This document shows positions 25,784 through 39,900 of a stretch of 55,184 nucleotides of DNA, in pieces (positions within the stretch are counted from its first letter, which is position 1; each line of letters begins with the position of its first letter). The stretch is from the NCBI RefSeq assembly GCF_001194135.2, contig NC_068981.1, positions 76,359,164-76,414,347 on the forward strand. The letters are read 5' to 3'. Under the pieces are notes generated by a model, which had not been told where the DNA came from, did not search any database, and worked only from the letters and a program-made list of their open reading frames with translations. Source of the DNA: Octopus bimaculoides (taxonomy: Eukaryota). The translations under genes and the position numbers were made by a program.

Positions 25784-28539
25784 TTTTTACAAAGTATCAT
25801 AATGTTTCAAGTCTACACTCCCCATGACATTTGTCTGCTCATCACCTATTTTGAAATATTAATATTACAGAGTAAATTGAGAATAACGCCAATTTTTATT
25901 AATATTTGAAAGTTATTTATAAATCTAGATTTTTAAATTAGTTGTCTTTTACGCCGTAGTAGATACTAGCATCATACTTTGTTTAATTACCAGATTTGCT
26001 AATCTTTCATATTTGCAAAAAAGAAGAACGGGGAAGAAAAATTATGCAAAGTTTCCTCTACTTACATGATTATAGTGACGAGTATTGACGAGACAGATGT
26101 GTTGTATCTATGCAGATATATCATCTACTAGTACTAAGCGTTTTTATATACAAGCAAAATCAGTTTCTTTGAAGCTTAATTTTTTCACTTTGAGATGTAG
26201 AAAGAAATGTGTTTCACTTGTCCCTAAATCGTCTTTGCTGAGCCCAGAGCAGCGATAACTTAAGCTCCTAAATAGTAACAAGCAATTATGTAAGTAAATG
26301 TTGGTATATATATATATATATATNNNNNNNNNNNNNNNNNNNNNNNNNNNNNNNNNNNNNNNNNNNNNNNNNNNNNNNNNNNNNNNNNNNNNNNNNNNNN
26401 NNNNNNNNNNNNNNNNNNNNNNNNNNNNNNNNNNNNNNNNNNNNNNNNNNNNNNNNNNNNNNNNNNNNNNNNNNNNNNNNNNNNNNNNNNNNNNNNNNNN
26501 NNNNNNNNNNNNNNNNNNNNNNNNNNNNNNNNNNNNNNNNNNNNNNNNNNNNNNNNNNNNNNNNNNNNNNNNNNNNNNNNNNNNNNNNNNNNNNNNNNNN
26601 NNNNNNNNNNNNNNNNNNNNNNNNNNNNNNNNNNNNNNNNNNNNNNNNNNNNNNNNNNNNNNNNNNNNNNNNNNNNNNNNNNNNNNNNNNNNNNNNNNNN
26701 NNNNNNNNNNNNNNNNNNNNNNNNNNNNNNNNNNNNNNNNNNNNNNNNNNNNNNNNNNNNNNNNNNNNNNNNNNNNNNNNNNNNNNNNNNNNNNNNNNNN
26801 NNNNNNNNNNNNNNNNNNNNNNNNNNNNNNNNNNNNNNNNNNNNNNNNNNNNNNNNNNNNNNNNNNNNNNNNNNNNNNNNNNNNNNNNNNNNNNNNNNNN
26901 NNNNNNNNNNNNNNNNNNNNNNNNNNNNNNNNNNNNNNNNNNNNNNNNNNNNNNNNNNNNNNNNNNNNNNNNNNNNNNNNNNNNNNNNNNNNNNNNNNNN
27001 NNNNNNNNNNNNNNNNNNNNNNNNNNNNNNNNNNNNNNNNNNNNNNNNNNNNNNNNNNNNNNNNNNNNNNNNNNNNNNNNNNNNNNNNNNNNNNNNNNNN
27101 NNNNNNNNNNNNNNNNNNNNNNNNNNNNNNNNNNNNNNNNNNNNNNNNNNNNNNNNNNNNNNNNNNNNNNNNNNNNNNNNNNNNNNNNNNNNNNNNNNNN
27201 NNNNNNNNNNNNNNNNNNNNNNNNNNNNNNNNNNNNNNNNNNNNNNNNNNNNNNAATAAGTAAAATAAAATAATATATATATATTTATACCTACATATTA
27301 TTGTATACTATTTGTATTACGTACCTTAAAAGTGAGAACTCCCTGTAAGATTATGGGAAGCCCCTTTGTCATAAATGGGTGTAACCGCATTTTAACTATA
27401 TGTAAATAACTCTTTACAAATCTATATCACCATATAACTTTCACAATCGAATAATTGTACGTACGCAATTACATACACGATCTTACAGAGTCGAGTTACA
27501 CGATTCAAACAATTATCGTACTAAATGGATGCATGTGAATATTTTTAATGCATTGATTGTTCTTCAAATAAGCATTTAACTAACGTAACGAGTGAATTAT
27601 TAAAATTTTCTATTTAACGGAATTCTATAAGAGAATATAATGAGTGTTGCTTTTTAAAATATTATGTTGGTTTTCGAGTAGTTAAAAGTTTCAAAGCTAT
27701 TGTGCTATAAAGAAATAACTATCATTTTCATAAAGTTTACTAGAGACAACGCAGACAGAATTAATTATTTCGTAAATCTTAGACAATGCTATTCTAGAAA
27801 CCATCATTTCGATTTCCAATCCAAATGAAACTAATTGTTAGTGGCAGTTATATATTATGTAATTAATTAATTGATGTTACATACATTGCGTTTCAAGCTG
27901 TATGTATATATTGTAAATGTGTAACCTGCCCAGCTAATATTCATATCCATACTATTTATGGGTATATGAACACTTGAAATTGGCGCTGTGAACAAACCGA
28001 ACATGCGTCAGTTTTACAGTGCTGACGCTGCTTTCTGACGTTGCTTAGAGTGACAACAATGTAAAATATACTGTTACTTATGTTCTTCGTAGAATGGGCT
28101 TTTTATCTTGACCATGAACGCAGTGGAGCAGTGATGAGAGCACACGGAGTACTGATTCAATAAATTGTAGTTCGAATCCGGAGAGCAATGACAATCACTC
28201 TTAGACAAACTTTTTTTTTTTTAACTAAAGAAAACGTTAAGTTGCCTCACTGGAGTGTGTCATAATTAAGTGTAAACTTCTGGCAAGGAGTAAAATAATT
28301 CTAGTGCATATGTGTACACTTTTTGTACGTGTTTGCACTTGTGTATGTGTGTGTGATTGTGTGTTTCTGTTTGTACTTATTTGTTGGCTTCTTTGTACGT
28401 GTTTATGTTTGTATTATGGACGAGTGGGTAAGAAGTTCGCTTTGGAATCCCTAAATCTTGGTTTAATTCCCAGCGCATGGTATCTTGACCAAGCATTTTC
28501 TACTATACATCGGTAGGCAGTAAGGTAGTCACGATTGAT

Positions 28540-28544
28540 AGACT

Positions 28545-28605
<61 letters not shown>

Positions 28606-28719
28606 GTAGGTAGGTAGGTAAGGTAGGTAGGTAGGTAGGTAGGTAGATAGACAGACATGGAGGATATGTAGGTAGATCGGTAAGTATATATATCAAGAGA
28701 TACACAAATAGATATACAG

Positions 28720-28775
<56 letters not shown>

Positions 28776-28812
28776 ATATATGAATGAATGTATGTATGTA
28801 TGTGTGTGTATG

Positions 28813-28845
<33 letters not shown>

Positions 28846-28850
28846 GGAAA
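28540..28850. repeat. Compound microsatellite cluster (GATA)n(GGTA)n...(CA)n...(GA)n; similar clusters at 5048-5128, 13040-13220, 19170-19467 and 51712-51850
   Basis: Direct reading. Confidence 0.95.
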
Positions 28851-30510
28851 GAAAGAAATGAAAATAATCTGGATTAGCAAATAAATTGAACTGAGTCTTA
28901 TTACTGATATGTATAGTGGTTGTTGTTGTGTCAGTAAAGATTTGGCTAATGATAGATGGCGATGGTGGTTCGAACATGGAAAGTAAATATTTTCTGTTTA
29001 TTTCTCTTAACTCATCCTCCTCAGTCTGATTAATTATCGTCTGCTCAATTGCAAAATATCGTCTGCTCATTTGCAAAATACAGACAAAAATAGACTGCGC
29101 ATGCTAGCAAAGAAATAAAGAATGACAAATTTAAGATACAGCATTTTTATAGTTTTCTTTCTTTTTTTTTTTTCAAATAGACGTATTAATATTTGTTGAA
29201 AATTCATCAACGTACTCTTGAAAAATAATATTATAGATAATGTCTTTGATTTCGTTCTATTGTTAAGATCCTTTATTTCTCAGCTGAAAGTGGAAATAAA
29301 TAGATAGCAATCTAGTAAGTTAAAGATGTGAAAATATAGCATTAAACGATAGTATTTCTTGAAATTTCATCTGCAGTACTACCTACGCAGTAATGTTCAA
29401 CTTTTCCACAATCTTACAAAAATATGCAACTCCTTCGCAAAATTTTCAAAATTGCCCAAGAATTTCCACGAATAGTACAAGATATATATCAATCATGACA
29501 TTATAAGAGTTAAAGTATATTTCGGTAGGTATTAAATGCCGCCAGTTTCACTCTGATTTTAATATCATTTGTGTTGAAAAGTATGCCTCTTCTTAATGAA
29601 AGCCGACTCGTTTTACATACGTGTTTCATGTTATGTGCTGTTGGAAGAACGCAATAGCTCTATATTTATGCAATAATCCATTTCCTTTTACGTTTTATTT
29701 ACTGAAACTCAATAGTATGTATTTAGTCTATTAGATAAGCGTACGTGTAAGAAACCAGTATTATACATATAAGACATCAGTCAAATAAGTTTTCATTAAT
29801 CTTTTTATATATAGTGAGACTCTCCTTATCAAGTCAAAGAGTTCTAACGCTCTGGATGTTTATAAAGAAATTCTCGATATGACTGTGTGGTAAAGCAGTT
29901 TGCTTCGCAACAACATTGCTTTGGGTTCTATCGCACAGTCAAGTAAGTTGGCCAAGTGCATTCTGCTATAGACAACACAATAACACATTTTACGTGAACT
30001 TGATATATATATATATATATATANNNNNNNNNNNNNNNNNNNNNNNNNNNNNNNNNNNNNNNNNNNNNNNNNNNNNNNNNNNNNNNNNNNNNNNNNNNNN
30101 NNNNNNNNNNNNNNNNNNNNNNNNNNNNNNNNNNNNNNNNNNNNNNNNNNNNNNNNNNNNNNNNNNNNNNNNNNNNNNNNNNNNNNNNNNNNNNNNNNNN
30201 NNNNNNNNNNNNNNNNNNNNNNNNNNNNNNNNNNNNNNNNNNNNNNNNNNNNNNNNNNNNNNNNNNNNNNNNNNNNNNNNNNNNNNNNNNNNNNNNNNNN
30301 NNNNNNNNNNNNNNNNNNNNNNNNNNNNNNNNNNNNNNNNNNNNNNNNNNNNNNNNNNNNNNNNNNNNNNNNNNNNNNNNNNNNNNNNNNNNNNNNNNNN
30401 NNNNNNNNNNNNNNNNNNNNNNNNNNNNNNNNNNNNNNNNNNNNNNNNNNNNNNNNNNNNNNNNNNNNNNNNNNNNNNNNNNNNNNNNNNNNNNNNNNNN
30501 NNNNNNNNNN

Positions 30511-30588
<78 letters not shown>

Positions 30589-32799
30589 TAGCGCAGAATA
30601 ACTGCATGATTAAAAACATCGTCTCGCAGAAATGAGGCATCAGTTTTGATCTGATTATATGATGTAATGATCAAAAGCATTAGCTATACGCTTGGATTGA
30701 GCGATAACAACTGGATGAAAATGGATAGCAGGAAGCTATATGCAAGACTGTCAGTGTAATTGTCACATAATACGTCACACTGATTCTGTCTGAGATTTAT
30801 GCTAATAATACGCATATCTCTACAATGTTCACCCACTCAGAGGCCGTTTCATTCTGCTGGAAGCTCACTTGTTCGAACAACTGAATATTGAACCACGGAT
30901 CAAAAGGAGATCCAGTTATTTACACACCCATACGCTAACATGTATGTGTGTATATGTGTATGTGTTCATGTGTACTGGTGTGTATATGTACGTGTGTATG
31001 TGTGTGTGAGAGAGAGAGAGTGAGTGAGAGAGCAAGAGAGCGAGAGAGAGAGAGCATGTGTGGACGTATACTATGCGCTTAAGTCTCACCGCCCGATAGC
31101 CGATAATAGTTTGTTTATGCCCTTAGAAGTTAGCGGCTCGTTAAATGCGGTTCGATACAATACATCCCAGACTTGAAAATAAAGAAATCGTTTTGATCGA
31201 CTAAATTCGTTAAGGAAATATCCCAGCATGGCCAGAATCAAATGATTGAAATGAGGAAAAGGATGAAAGTAAATACAAGCACACATACATATATATCATT
31301 TTATCGTTATTTAGGCGAATATTTCTTTTTTGAACCTTTTGAAATATTAAACCTTGTGAATAATGTTTTCCATCAAATACAAAAAGTATAATATTCATTA
31401 TATTCAATATACGTTCCTTTGAACAGAAGCATAGTGTCTTCATCCAAATATGCTGATTTCTTGAGATATTGGTTTTACACGAAGTGGGAAGTGATTCTAA
31501 AGACGGAAGTGACCAATAAAAGTGAATACTATTATCGAGAGCGTGACAGTCAGCATAAACGTTCACTTATGTATTTTCCGTTGCAATGTGAACAATAGAG
31601 ATGATTGCACATTCTTTTATTTGCAAAGTCCCATAGAGTAACTGCATAATATAAAAATATTCTGTTCAAGACAAATGCATCATTAGCTCGTAGCAAATCC
31701 AGCGAAAGTTCTCTTTTATTGAATTGATGGAGATGTTATTAAAGAACAAAAATCTAGTTTCTTATTACTTTCTTCACAGCTGTAACAATTTTAGGCATTG
31801 AGCCGGGGGAAAATATCTAGAAGTTTGAGAATTAATGCATAAGATCAAATCCTTCTTTGGTCTCTTCTGTATTATCATTTCTTGTGTTTGATCAAATATA
31901 TGCTAGTCAGGAAATAATCAGTTGTGAAGGAGCAAGGCGTTAGGTAATATTGCAGTACCAACGGTTAGGCTTGTGTGGAAATGTAGAATACTCGATGACT
32001 TAAAGAATATACGGTATAGAACTGGTGCTTTATCATCTCCGGAAATTTAAAGACATATTTGATTTCAGTGATATTTGAACTCAGAGGAGAGATAACCAGA
32101 AGGTGTCCTGCAAGGAAATGTATTCGAAGCCTTTACGACTCGGTCAATTCGTTAATAAAAGTTAGTTAATTTGTCTGATGGCGCGCTCACTTAATGTTAG
32201 TGGACTAGATGAACGTAAATTTGTTTTGACTAAAAACACAATCCATCTCGATCACCATATGTTAAATCTCAATTTTATGAAGTTTATCCGAAGTCGCAGC
32301 TCTAATCCCCTGTACTATCGTGATTTATTTATCACACAAACAGGTGTTCGGTTTGAGCGGGACTCAAGTGTCTCAAACAACATGTCATGGCAACATACCA
32401 CATCGCATCCACAGCTAAGAATATAGCTTCAAAAGTTTATGCCTCATTCATTTTTAAATAAGTACTCTAACACGTGTTTATTGTTCATATTTTGTTACAC
32501 TTGCATACGAAAATGGAATCAATAATCAATCAGACTTTAGCGCTGAGTCGATTATTCCGATAAATGAGAAAAGGAATATTGATAATATTGATCACATTAC
32601 CATTCATCCAATGTAAACGGACGTCTCCGAAGTGAAAACCAATAACAGTCCTGTCAATTTTATTCTCTTGTGTGCTGGGGGTGGGGACTGTAACGCCTAG
32701 GATTTCCGTTTTCTCATAACTATAAAACATCAATTTAATACAGATACTAAAACGGTTCTTATAAAGTTATTGTATTAAAATTCATATATGAATTCACTG

Positions 32800-32975
32800 T
32801 AGCGTCATTTATTCCAACTCTTTACATTCTGAGATCAAATCCTGTCGAGTTCAGCTTGGTTTTGATCCATTCAAGGTGGGTTAAATATAGTACTACCCAA
32901 GAAGTGGGGCTGATATAGTCAATTTGACTCCTTTCCTTTCAATTTGCAGGCCATATGCCCAAATTAAAAAGAATA
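32800..32975 (+). mobile_element. SINE family A, decayed
   Basis: ttctgagatcaaatcctgtcgagttcagcttgg...tttgcaggccatatgcccaaatt aligns to family A. Confidence 0.6.
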
Positions 32976-33576
32976 AACTTACTGATGTCTCTCATTTGAC
33001 CCTGTCCATAATACTGAATGGCTACATAAAATATAAATTATAGAATGAATTTGCCTTATAAAGAAATATATGTACAGAAACGTACGTCTCATATTTTATT
33101 ATACAGTCTTAAACAATGATGTATCAAATATATTATTAGACATTATGTTATATATGTAGCTCGTTAATCGAGGAAAATATAAAGATATGAAGTATTGGAC
33201 AAGTTATTCTAATGACAGTTAATCAGAAGAATCACATTATTCATAATTTCGGAAACATTAAAATATATTGTGTTGAAATCTCAAAAAATAAATAAATAGA
33301 ATAGAATAAAAAGTGTGTGTAACAATGTAAAAACTTCAAAAGTTATAAATAATAAATATATTTATCAAAATACAATATTTTCGCATAATGAAATCAGATA
33401 TGATATAGATTTTCAGTGAATTATATTCTATATGAATATCATTTTATATAAAAATAAAAGTATAATGACTCTATAAATTTCACAAAATACAGGCATACAT
33501 ACATGCACACGCATACATATATACTCACATGCATGTATTCATATATATCTATATATGCGTGCGTGCATGTGTGTGT

Positions 33577-33742
33577 GCATTTCGTTCGTCTTTACGTTAT
33601 GAGCTTAAATCCGGCGAGGTCAACTATGCCTTTCATCCTTCAGAGGAGATAAAATAAGCGCCAGCTGATTACTGGGGTCGATGTAATCGACTTACTCCTC
33701 TCCTGAAATTGCAGGCCTTGTACCAAATTTTGATACCAATAT
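33577..33742 (+). mobile_element. SINE family A, 5'-partial
   Basis: gaggtcaactatgcctttcatcc...gataaaataag...ggggtcgatgtaatcgactt...gcaggccttgtaccaaatttt. Confidence 0.85.
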
Positions 33743-34424
33743 TACTCAAAGCATTTACGCAAATTACATAAACTCAAATGTAGCTGGATATGTGAGTATC
33801 ATTATGCGGGATTCACTTGAAGATGACTGGAAAATGTAGCGTAGTTCTTTTTCTTTTTAAATCGATTTCCTTTCTTTTCGCCTCTCTATAAGAACTTCCT
33901 CAATGCATAGTTTTACGACTATCCCTTTGAAAGTCAAGTATCTGAAACTAACCGAAAAGCGCTGTCAATTGACTTTCGTTGTCCCTTTTTTACTTTCTTC
34001 TTTATATTTATCGGTTTCTCTCTCCCCCTCTATTTTCCGTAATATATTTTACTCTTGGTTTCACGTTTTTCGTCTCCACTCGTCCCTTTGTTCACCATTC
34101 CATTAATAATTCCCCTCTTTTACACTGTCTATTTTATCAACAACTCTAAATGTCATGAATATGTATCATGAATATGTGTCCTACTACTAGTACTACATTT
34201 TTCCAATCACTCTTTTGAAGAAGACGTTTCCTAATACAGGGTAAAACGCACGTGTCAGTACTTTTATTTATTTGCTTTGTCTAATAGTCGGTCGATATTT
34301 TTTACGTCATTCATTTTATCTCAACCATTCGCCGAATTTGTAGACCAGTGGTAAATGTTAATTTGATCCAGTAATATGTACACATATATATGCATACATA
34401 GAAACACACACACGCACACATACT

Positions 34425-36342
34425 AAACATTAATAAGGGAAATGGAGATTTACACATCGAGTTATTTACAGCATATTACCATACATACACGTAGGAGGCT
34501 GTACCTTGGGTCCACCTCGAATTAAACAGCATGAAGAAAGAGTTGTTTAGTGTTCAGTAGAAGGTGTTGCTATTAATAGGAACTTGACCTGAGGTTCAAC
34601 CCTGCTGTAGTTGTAGGTGGAGCATGATCTAAATAGGTCAAGGTTTTTTTTGTTTTTACAGTGTTTTAAGAGAGTATGGGTGAGGAAAACTAAAGGTGGT
34701 AAGTTCAAAAGCAGAGCACCTAACGACAAAAGAAACTGTATGGATTTAAAGGGTTTGTACCCCATACAGAATTAGATAACCAGAATAGCAATGGAAGCAT
34801 GAGTACGATACACCTTAGTAAGAATGCTAACCACCACGGATATTCATACATTCTTACAACTAGTGGATGCAATAATAAACGATCTATACTGCAGAATAAG
34901 AACCATGAAAATAGAAGAGTGCTATCGCTAAAAACTTGACTACACTTAAAATCAATTATACCAAAAATATTCCTAATACTACGGAATGGTAAATAATTCC
35001 ATGCTCCCTAAATTGTTCTATTCAACGTCGGAAAGACACTTTCCTAGAAATAACAAACACTTCAATATAAGGTTCGCCTGGTTTCCTCTAATAGCCACAA
35101 TCTTACACAAATTATAACCGTTCACAATGCAAGTAAACTTAGTAATTTACAGGAAGATAGTAATAACCAGAATACAAATAATAGATTAACAGTAAATAGC
35201 ACCAATATTAACAGAAGCGTAATTAATCGGACTAGGCCTCAGAGGAGTCATAATAATAGAACTGACAAACAAAGGGTAACTACCTTGTAACCAAAGAAAG
35301 AGTAGATGGAACAATTAAAATGTGCAGTAACCAAAATGAAATCATTAAGATCATCGGAAGTAGCTCGGTAAATATGGAAAATAATTCAGAAAAGATCACC
35401 AGCGAAGCCAATGTCGCAAATAATAACAGAAATACCCAAACTAGTCCCTGTGATTGGGCAAAAAATAACAGATGTCCATTAAATTCTAAATGTAAAACCA
35501 AAAACGTTGTTTACAGATGTAAAATTACCTCAGAAAATAGGGAATGGTTTTGCATCGGTGCAAGGTTACTTTTGTTAAACATCACTAATCATTTAAATTC
35601 ATTTAGAAAATAGGGAAAAATAAATAGTACTGGCCTAAGTAGGCTAATTTCGTCGCTTAAACATAATAAGATTTATTCAGTTGATTGGGAAATAATTAGT
35701 TCTGCTAAACCTAATAAAATAGGTGGAAAGAGATGTGGTTTACGCGTGGGGGAACTCTATCAAATTTTCGCTTCAAAATACACATTAGTAAACACAAGAC
35801 AGAATCGAGCACTGAGATGTCTTCACGCACGCAAATGGACGTTTGGACAATTTGAATGAAAACGTTACACAATACACGCTACTAATAATGGAGCAGCTCA
35901 ACCCCCCAAAATGAATGGAAGCTAACTATATACTTCTATGTAGACAATGTACTCAATACAACTGACAGCATACAGAACCACTAGGAAATACTAAGAACAC
36001 TGCAAAAATCAAGGAAAAACAACATTGACCTATTTAAGACTATGCATCCCCCTACAACTACGGCAGGGATGAACTCCTGATGAAGTTCCTATTAATAGCA
36101 ACACCCCTACCTTCTACTGAATACTAAACAACAAGCTCTTTCTTCATCCAGTTTAACTGGAAGCGGACCTAAGTTACAGACCCTGATGAAACTGCACTGA
36201 AAATATTGCAATATTGAATTTGCAACATTGTACAGTGTCTGCAGTCGAAAAACATGTAGGTCATGATAATATGCTGTAAATAACTGTAAAATAACTTATT
36301 GATGTGCAAATCTCCATTCCTCTTATTATTAATGTTATTTTA
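34425..36342 (+). mobile_element. Penelope-like element (PLE), RT-deleted, with inverted pseudo-LTRs
   Basis: GIY-YIG-like remnant CPLNSKCKTKNVVYRCKIT...CIG...NHLNSF...STGLSR..LK...DWEI...KRCGL...RCLHARKW at about 35450-35860, and a linker remnant (NVGKT...SNSHNLTQIITVHN) at about 34990-35140. Segment 34425-34670 is the reverse complement of 35992-36342. Confidence 0.85.
36179..36262 (+). ncRNA. Degenerate type-I hammerhead ribozyme in the PLE pseudo-LTR
   Basis: GACC-CTGATGA(36183)-A-ACTGCA...TGCAGT-C-GAAAAA-CATGT-A-GGTC. Stem I is GACC/GGTC, stem II ACTGCA/TGCAGT (extended by CACTG/CAGTG) and stem III is the palindrome ACATGT. An A·C mismatch at the stem II base and two extra As suggest decay. 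Confidence 0.65.
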
Positions 36343-38502
36343 CACTCTACAGAAGCTTTGCAGTCCTGAGTAAGAAACTCGGAATTACACAACGATAATA
36401 TTTACCATTGTTTAACAACTTATTGTAGGCACTGGCATCGGTTGTGGTAGCTGGAATTTGGAAGCGAACTCAGAGTAAACGCGGTATCTACCTGAATAAT
36501 ATATCTCTGCAAACTCATATGTATATAAATTATATACTGTCCTGCTGTTAGACGACGGATGAGAGTTGGGCAATTTTTTCCTCAATAACCACAGGGATGT
36601 TTCGTCTATAGTGATCAATCATGCACACAAGCTCACTCTATCCGTGTATTTCTGCATTGCCTGTACAAGTGCAGAATTGTGCCTTGCGTCAGATGTCGAC
36701 ATCATCGCAGAGTAACGTGAAATGAAGAGACCATGCAACGTAGACTCAGTGAAAATATATTATTCCGAGTTTTAGAAAAACACCAATGGATGTTCCTATA
36801 GAATTAGATGAAATCTATACTACTACAAGCGTATTTCGACCTGATTACAACAAAAGCATTGCTAGACAATGATAATATATTTACGAACGGCAACATTTCA
36901 AATTCAAATTTGACCTTGTTTATATTCGAACGCAGAGTACAGAAAGTCGGATGAAATATTACTATATATACGACTTGTTTAATGACACGACCAATTCACC
37001 ATTTTTATGGATATAGAAACATTCGTCGGTCTCGAAATGCTATCGATCTGTGTCTGGATAATTTTGTCTCAGCTACTGATGGTTGTACAACGTCTGCTTA
37101 GGTTGCACACACCCACACAGTCTTCCCACTGGCGTTACTGAGTTTTCTTTTCTTCGAGAGCGCTTCATTCCATTGTGTAGTACTCGACTCCAGCATGAGC
37201 GATACTTTGTGTGACGAGTACTACGCAACAGGATGCCAGTTTTATAAAAGAGAAACGATATCTTTCTGGAATTTTTTTTAATGATACCCCTGAACTTTTA
37301 TGGATGCTAATCTTACTTCCTTTTGCTGGCTAAATGGATGAGAGCAACTTCAAGATCCTTACCCAATGCCATAACCCACCCCAACCACAAACAATCGAAT
37401 CTAAAAACATGCTCAAAAGCCAAATCATTGTATTTCTACACCAGATGTCCTTTCATTTATGACATACTAAATAAATAATTCTTGTAACCTGTTAAATATT
37501 TATAGGCTACTATTAATATTGTATGACTTGATGGCGTCATTGAAACAATATTTATATATATATATAGTTGCCAGTTTTAGATAACCTAGTATAATAAATA
37601 AATATCTCATTTTGCAATGTGGATACGATTTTTTTCTCCGAGCTAGTAATAATGATTTTATTTGAAGTTGGGATGTAATATACGCAGTCTGTCTTTATTA
37701 ACGATATCCAATGAAGTAATTGCAATGCATTGCTTTAATATAATATTATTAAAGAATTTAAAACGTGGAAGTTAGATATATTTGTGCGTTAACGAGCCAA
37801 ATATTTTATTCCAATTTCTTTAAATGGTAAAACCTAGTGTTAAGGCCCCGAGACTGCCTGCCTCTTTAACATCAAGTTCCTACGCTAGTGTTATTGCGTT
37901 AGTAGCCCTTCTAAAAATAAAAAAAAGCTACGTATCCATCTAGCAGTGAAATGTTTTATCCTAAATTTGCCATTTTATAAAGGTGGTGAAGTGGTCGGGT
38001 CGTTAAAGTGTTGAATAGCTTGCCCAGCAATATGTAATATCGAACCCAGCGGGAGCTTGCTTTTGTATTTTCGTACTTAAATTATAAAGTTATTCAGTAA
38101 TAAGTAATAATAAATATAAATCTAATTACGTGATCAAGCATAATTCTACTTTGTCTGGAGATAAGCACAACGACCTTATTTGCGGCGGAACCGTACTTTA
38201 GTAACCGTTCTTTGTACTAAAGTTTGTGAAAATTTGACTTCAATATGACTTTGTGTAACATTCTCTTATTTAATACATTGCTAGTAACACATTGTAAGAT
38301 ATATAATCAGCTGAATCAACTCAGTGTATAAATGGTTGTATTCATCGAACCTGAAAAGCAAAGTCGGCCATGAGAGAATATTGTTTCTGAAGCGAAAATG
38401 ATGTACGATACTAGTGAAGGATTTTTCCATAATGTTACAAAAATACCATGTAATATGATATAATATATGACATAATAAAATATGAAATAAAATAATATAA
38501 TA

Positions 38503-38555
<53 letters not shown>

Positions 38556-38667
38556 TATATATACATGTACATATATATATATGTATGTATATACACATAT
38601 ATATATGTATGTATATACACATATATACATATATGTATATATATATATATATATGTATGTATGCATG

Positions 38668-38702
<35 letters not shown>

Positions 38703-39404
38703 GTGCAGAATATATGTCTTGAGATATACTTTTTACGCCCGTTATGGGTAGGACGATTAGTTGGAAACAAGATTCACAACTGACTCACCTTTTCTATAGA
38801 GACTACTCAAATATACACGCGTACACACACACACACACACGCGCACACACACGCACGCATGCACGCACACGCACTCATACGCACACACATGCACGCTCGC
38901 TCGCACACTAACGCACATCTCTGTGAATGTGGTTTGAAAGTAAGGTTTGTCAAGAGCATCAAACTAATAGTAGGATAAGTCTTTAGGATACTACTAATAT
39001 ATAACAGTGCAAAGCGGACATAGTCTCTGCTGATACTTTGAAGCAAATCTATCCCATATTCATATCGAGTTTAATAGTCAGATTAACTGCAAATACATGA
39101 TATGATGTTGTCAACGAAAAAATCCGTTGCATTGAGAGACTAGCTTTCCATGAAATACCTGGAAGTCATCTCACAAAAATCTTTCGAAGATGAATGCCAT
39201 GCTCTTCAGCCCGGAGTCATGTTGCAACTGTTATTGGAAAATTTACCCCCTCTCCCTCCGGTGATGTGTATTTATATGTGTGTGTGTGTATGTGGGTGGG
39301 TGTGTTTGTGTGAGTGTGCGTATGTGTGTGTATGTGTTTGTGTGTGTGAGCGTATGTGTGTGTATGTGTATATATATACAGACATAGGTACACATTTTTG
39401 CATA

Positions 39405-39900
39405 CATATCAGAAAGCTCCCGGACAAGTTATGCTTAATACGACATAACTTACCGGAGTTTGAGCATCATCTCCTTCGAAATAATCATCTTGAGTAGGAA
39501 TACTCCGGTTCCAGTTATCCTGCCACTTTTGGAATCCGGTCTGGAAGTTGTATTCTGAAAGTGAGACCACGACCTTCTGTCATGCCTTCTTCGGTCGTGG
39601 AGATGAAGGCCTCTTCCATCGTACGTCTGCTATTTCGTCTCAGGGTTGCACCCGTTGACCCAACTCTTGTCACCGGTGATGATCCTCGACATGAAGAATG
39701 TGTCATCAGCGGTATGCTGACGGAGATCTTGACAGACTTCGACGCGATGTTTTTTCTGCTCAGTGGTCAGCAGGAATAGACATGCTCTATGTTCAATTCA
39801 GACGTTAGAATTGCTGCACAGACCCACACTATACATCAACAACATTAGTAACGTCATTGACGATCATCGTGCACAAGTTGAGGAATTTTATCCACATTTT
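39405..39900 (-). mobile_element. Internally deleted mariner of the same family as the 15940 fragment
   Basis: The minus strand gives LLTTEQKKHRVEVCQDLRQH..FFMSRIITGDKSWVNGCNPETK*, fused to EYNFQTGFQKWQDNWNRSIPTQDDYFEGDD. TIR remnant tatcagaaagctcccggacaagttatg. Confidence 0.88.

Noticed and set aside
28125-28190. tRNA-like segment with GTTCGAATCC; also the tRNA-like heads of all the SINEs
   Set aside because: There is no complete cloverleaf or acceptor stem. These are SINE-type heads, not tRNA genes.
32166-32426. ORF LICLMARS...SNPLYY..., with an NPxY motif like a cytoplasmic tail
   Set aside because: The AG has no polypyrimidine tract, the phase does not match 25372, and there is no other support.
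36429-36483. ALASVVVAGIWKRTQSKR, like the end of a transmembrane helix
   Set aside because: It has a weak phase-0 acceptor and would need an unseen phase 1-to-0 exon. It is too short to distinguish from chance.
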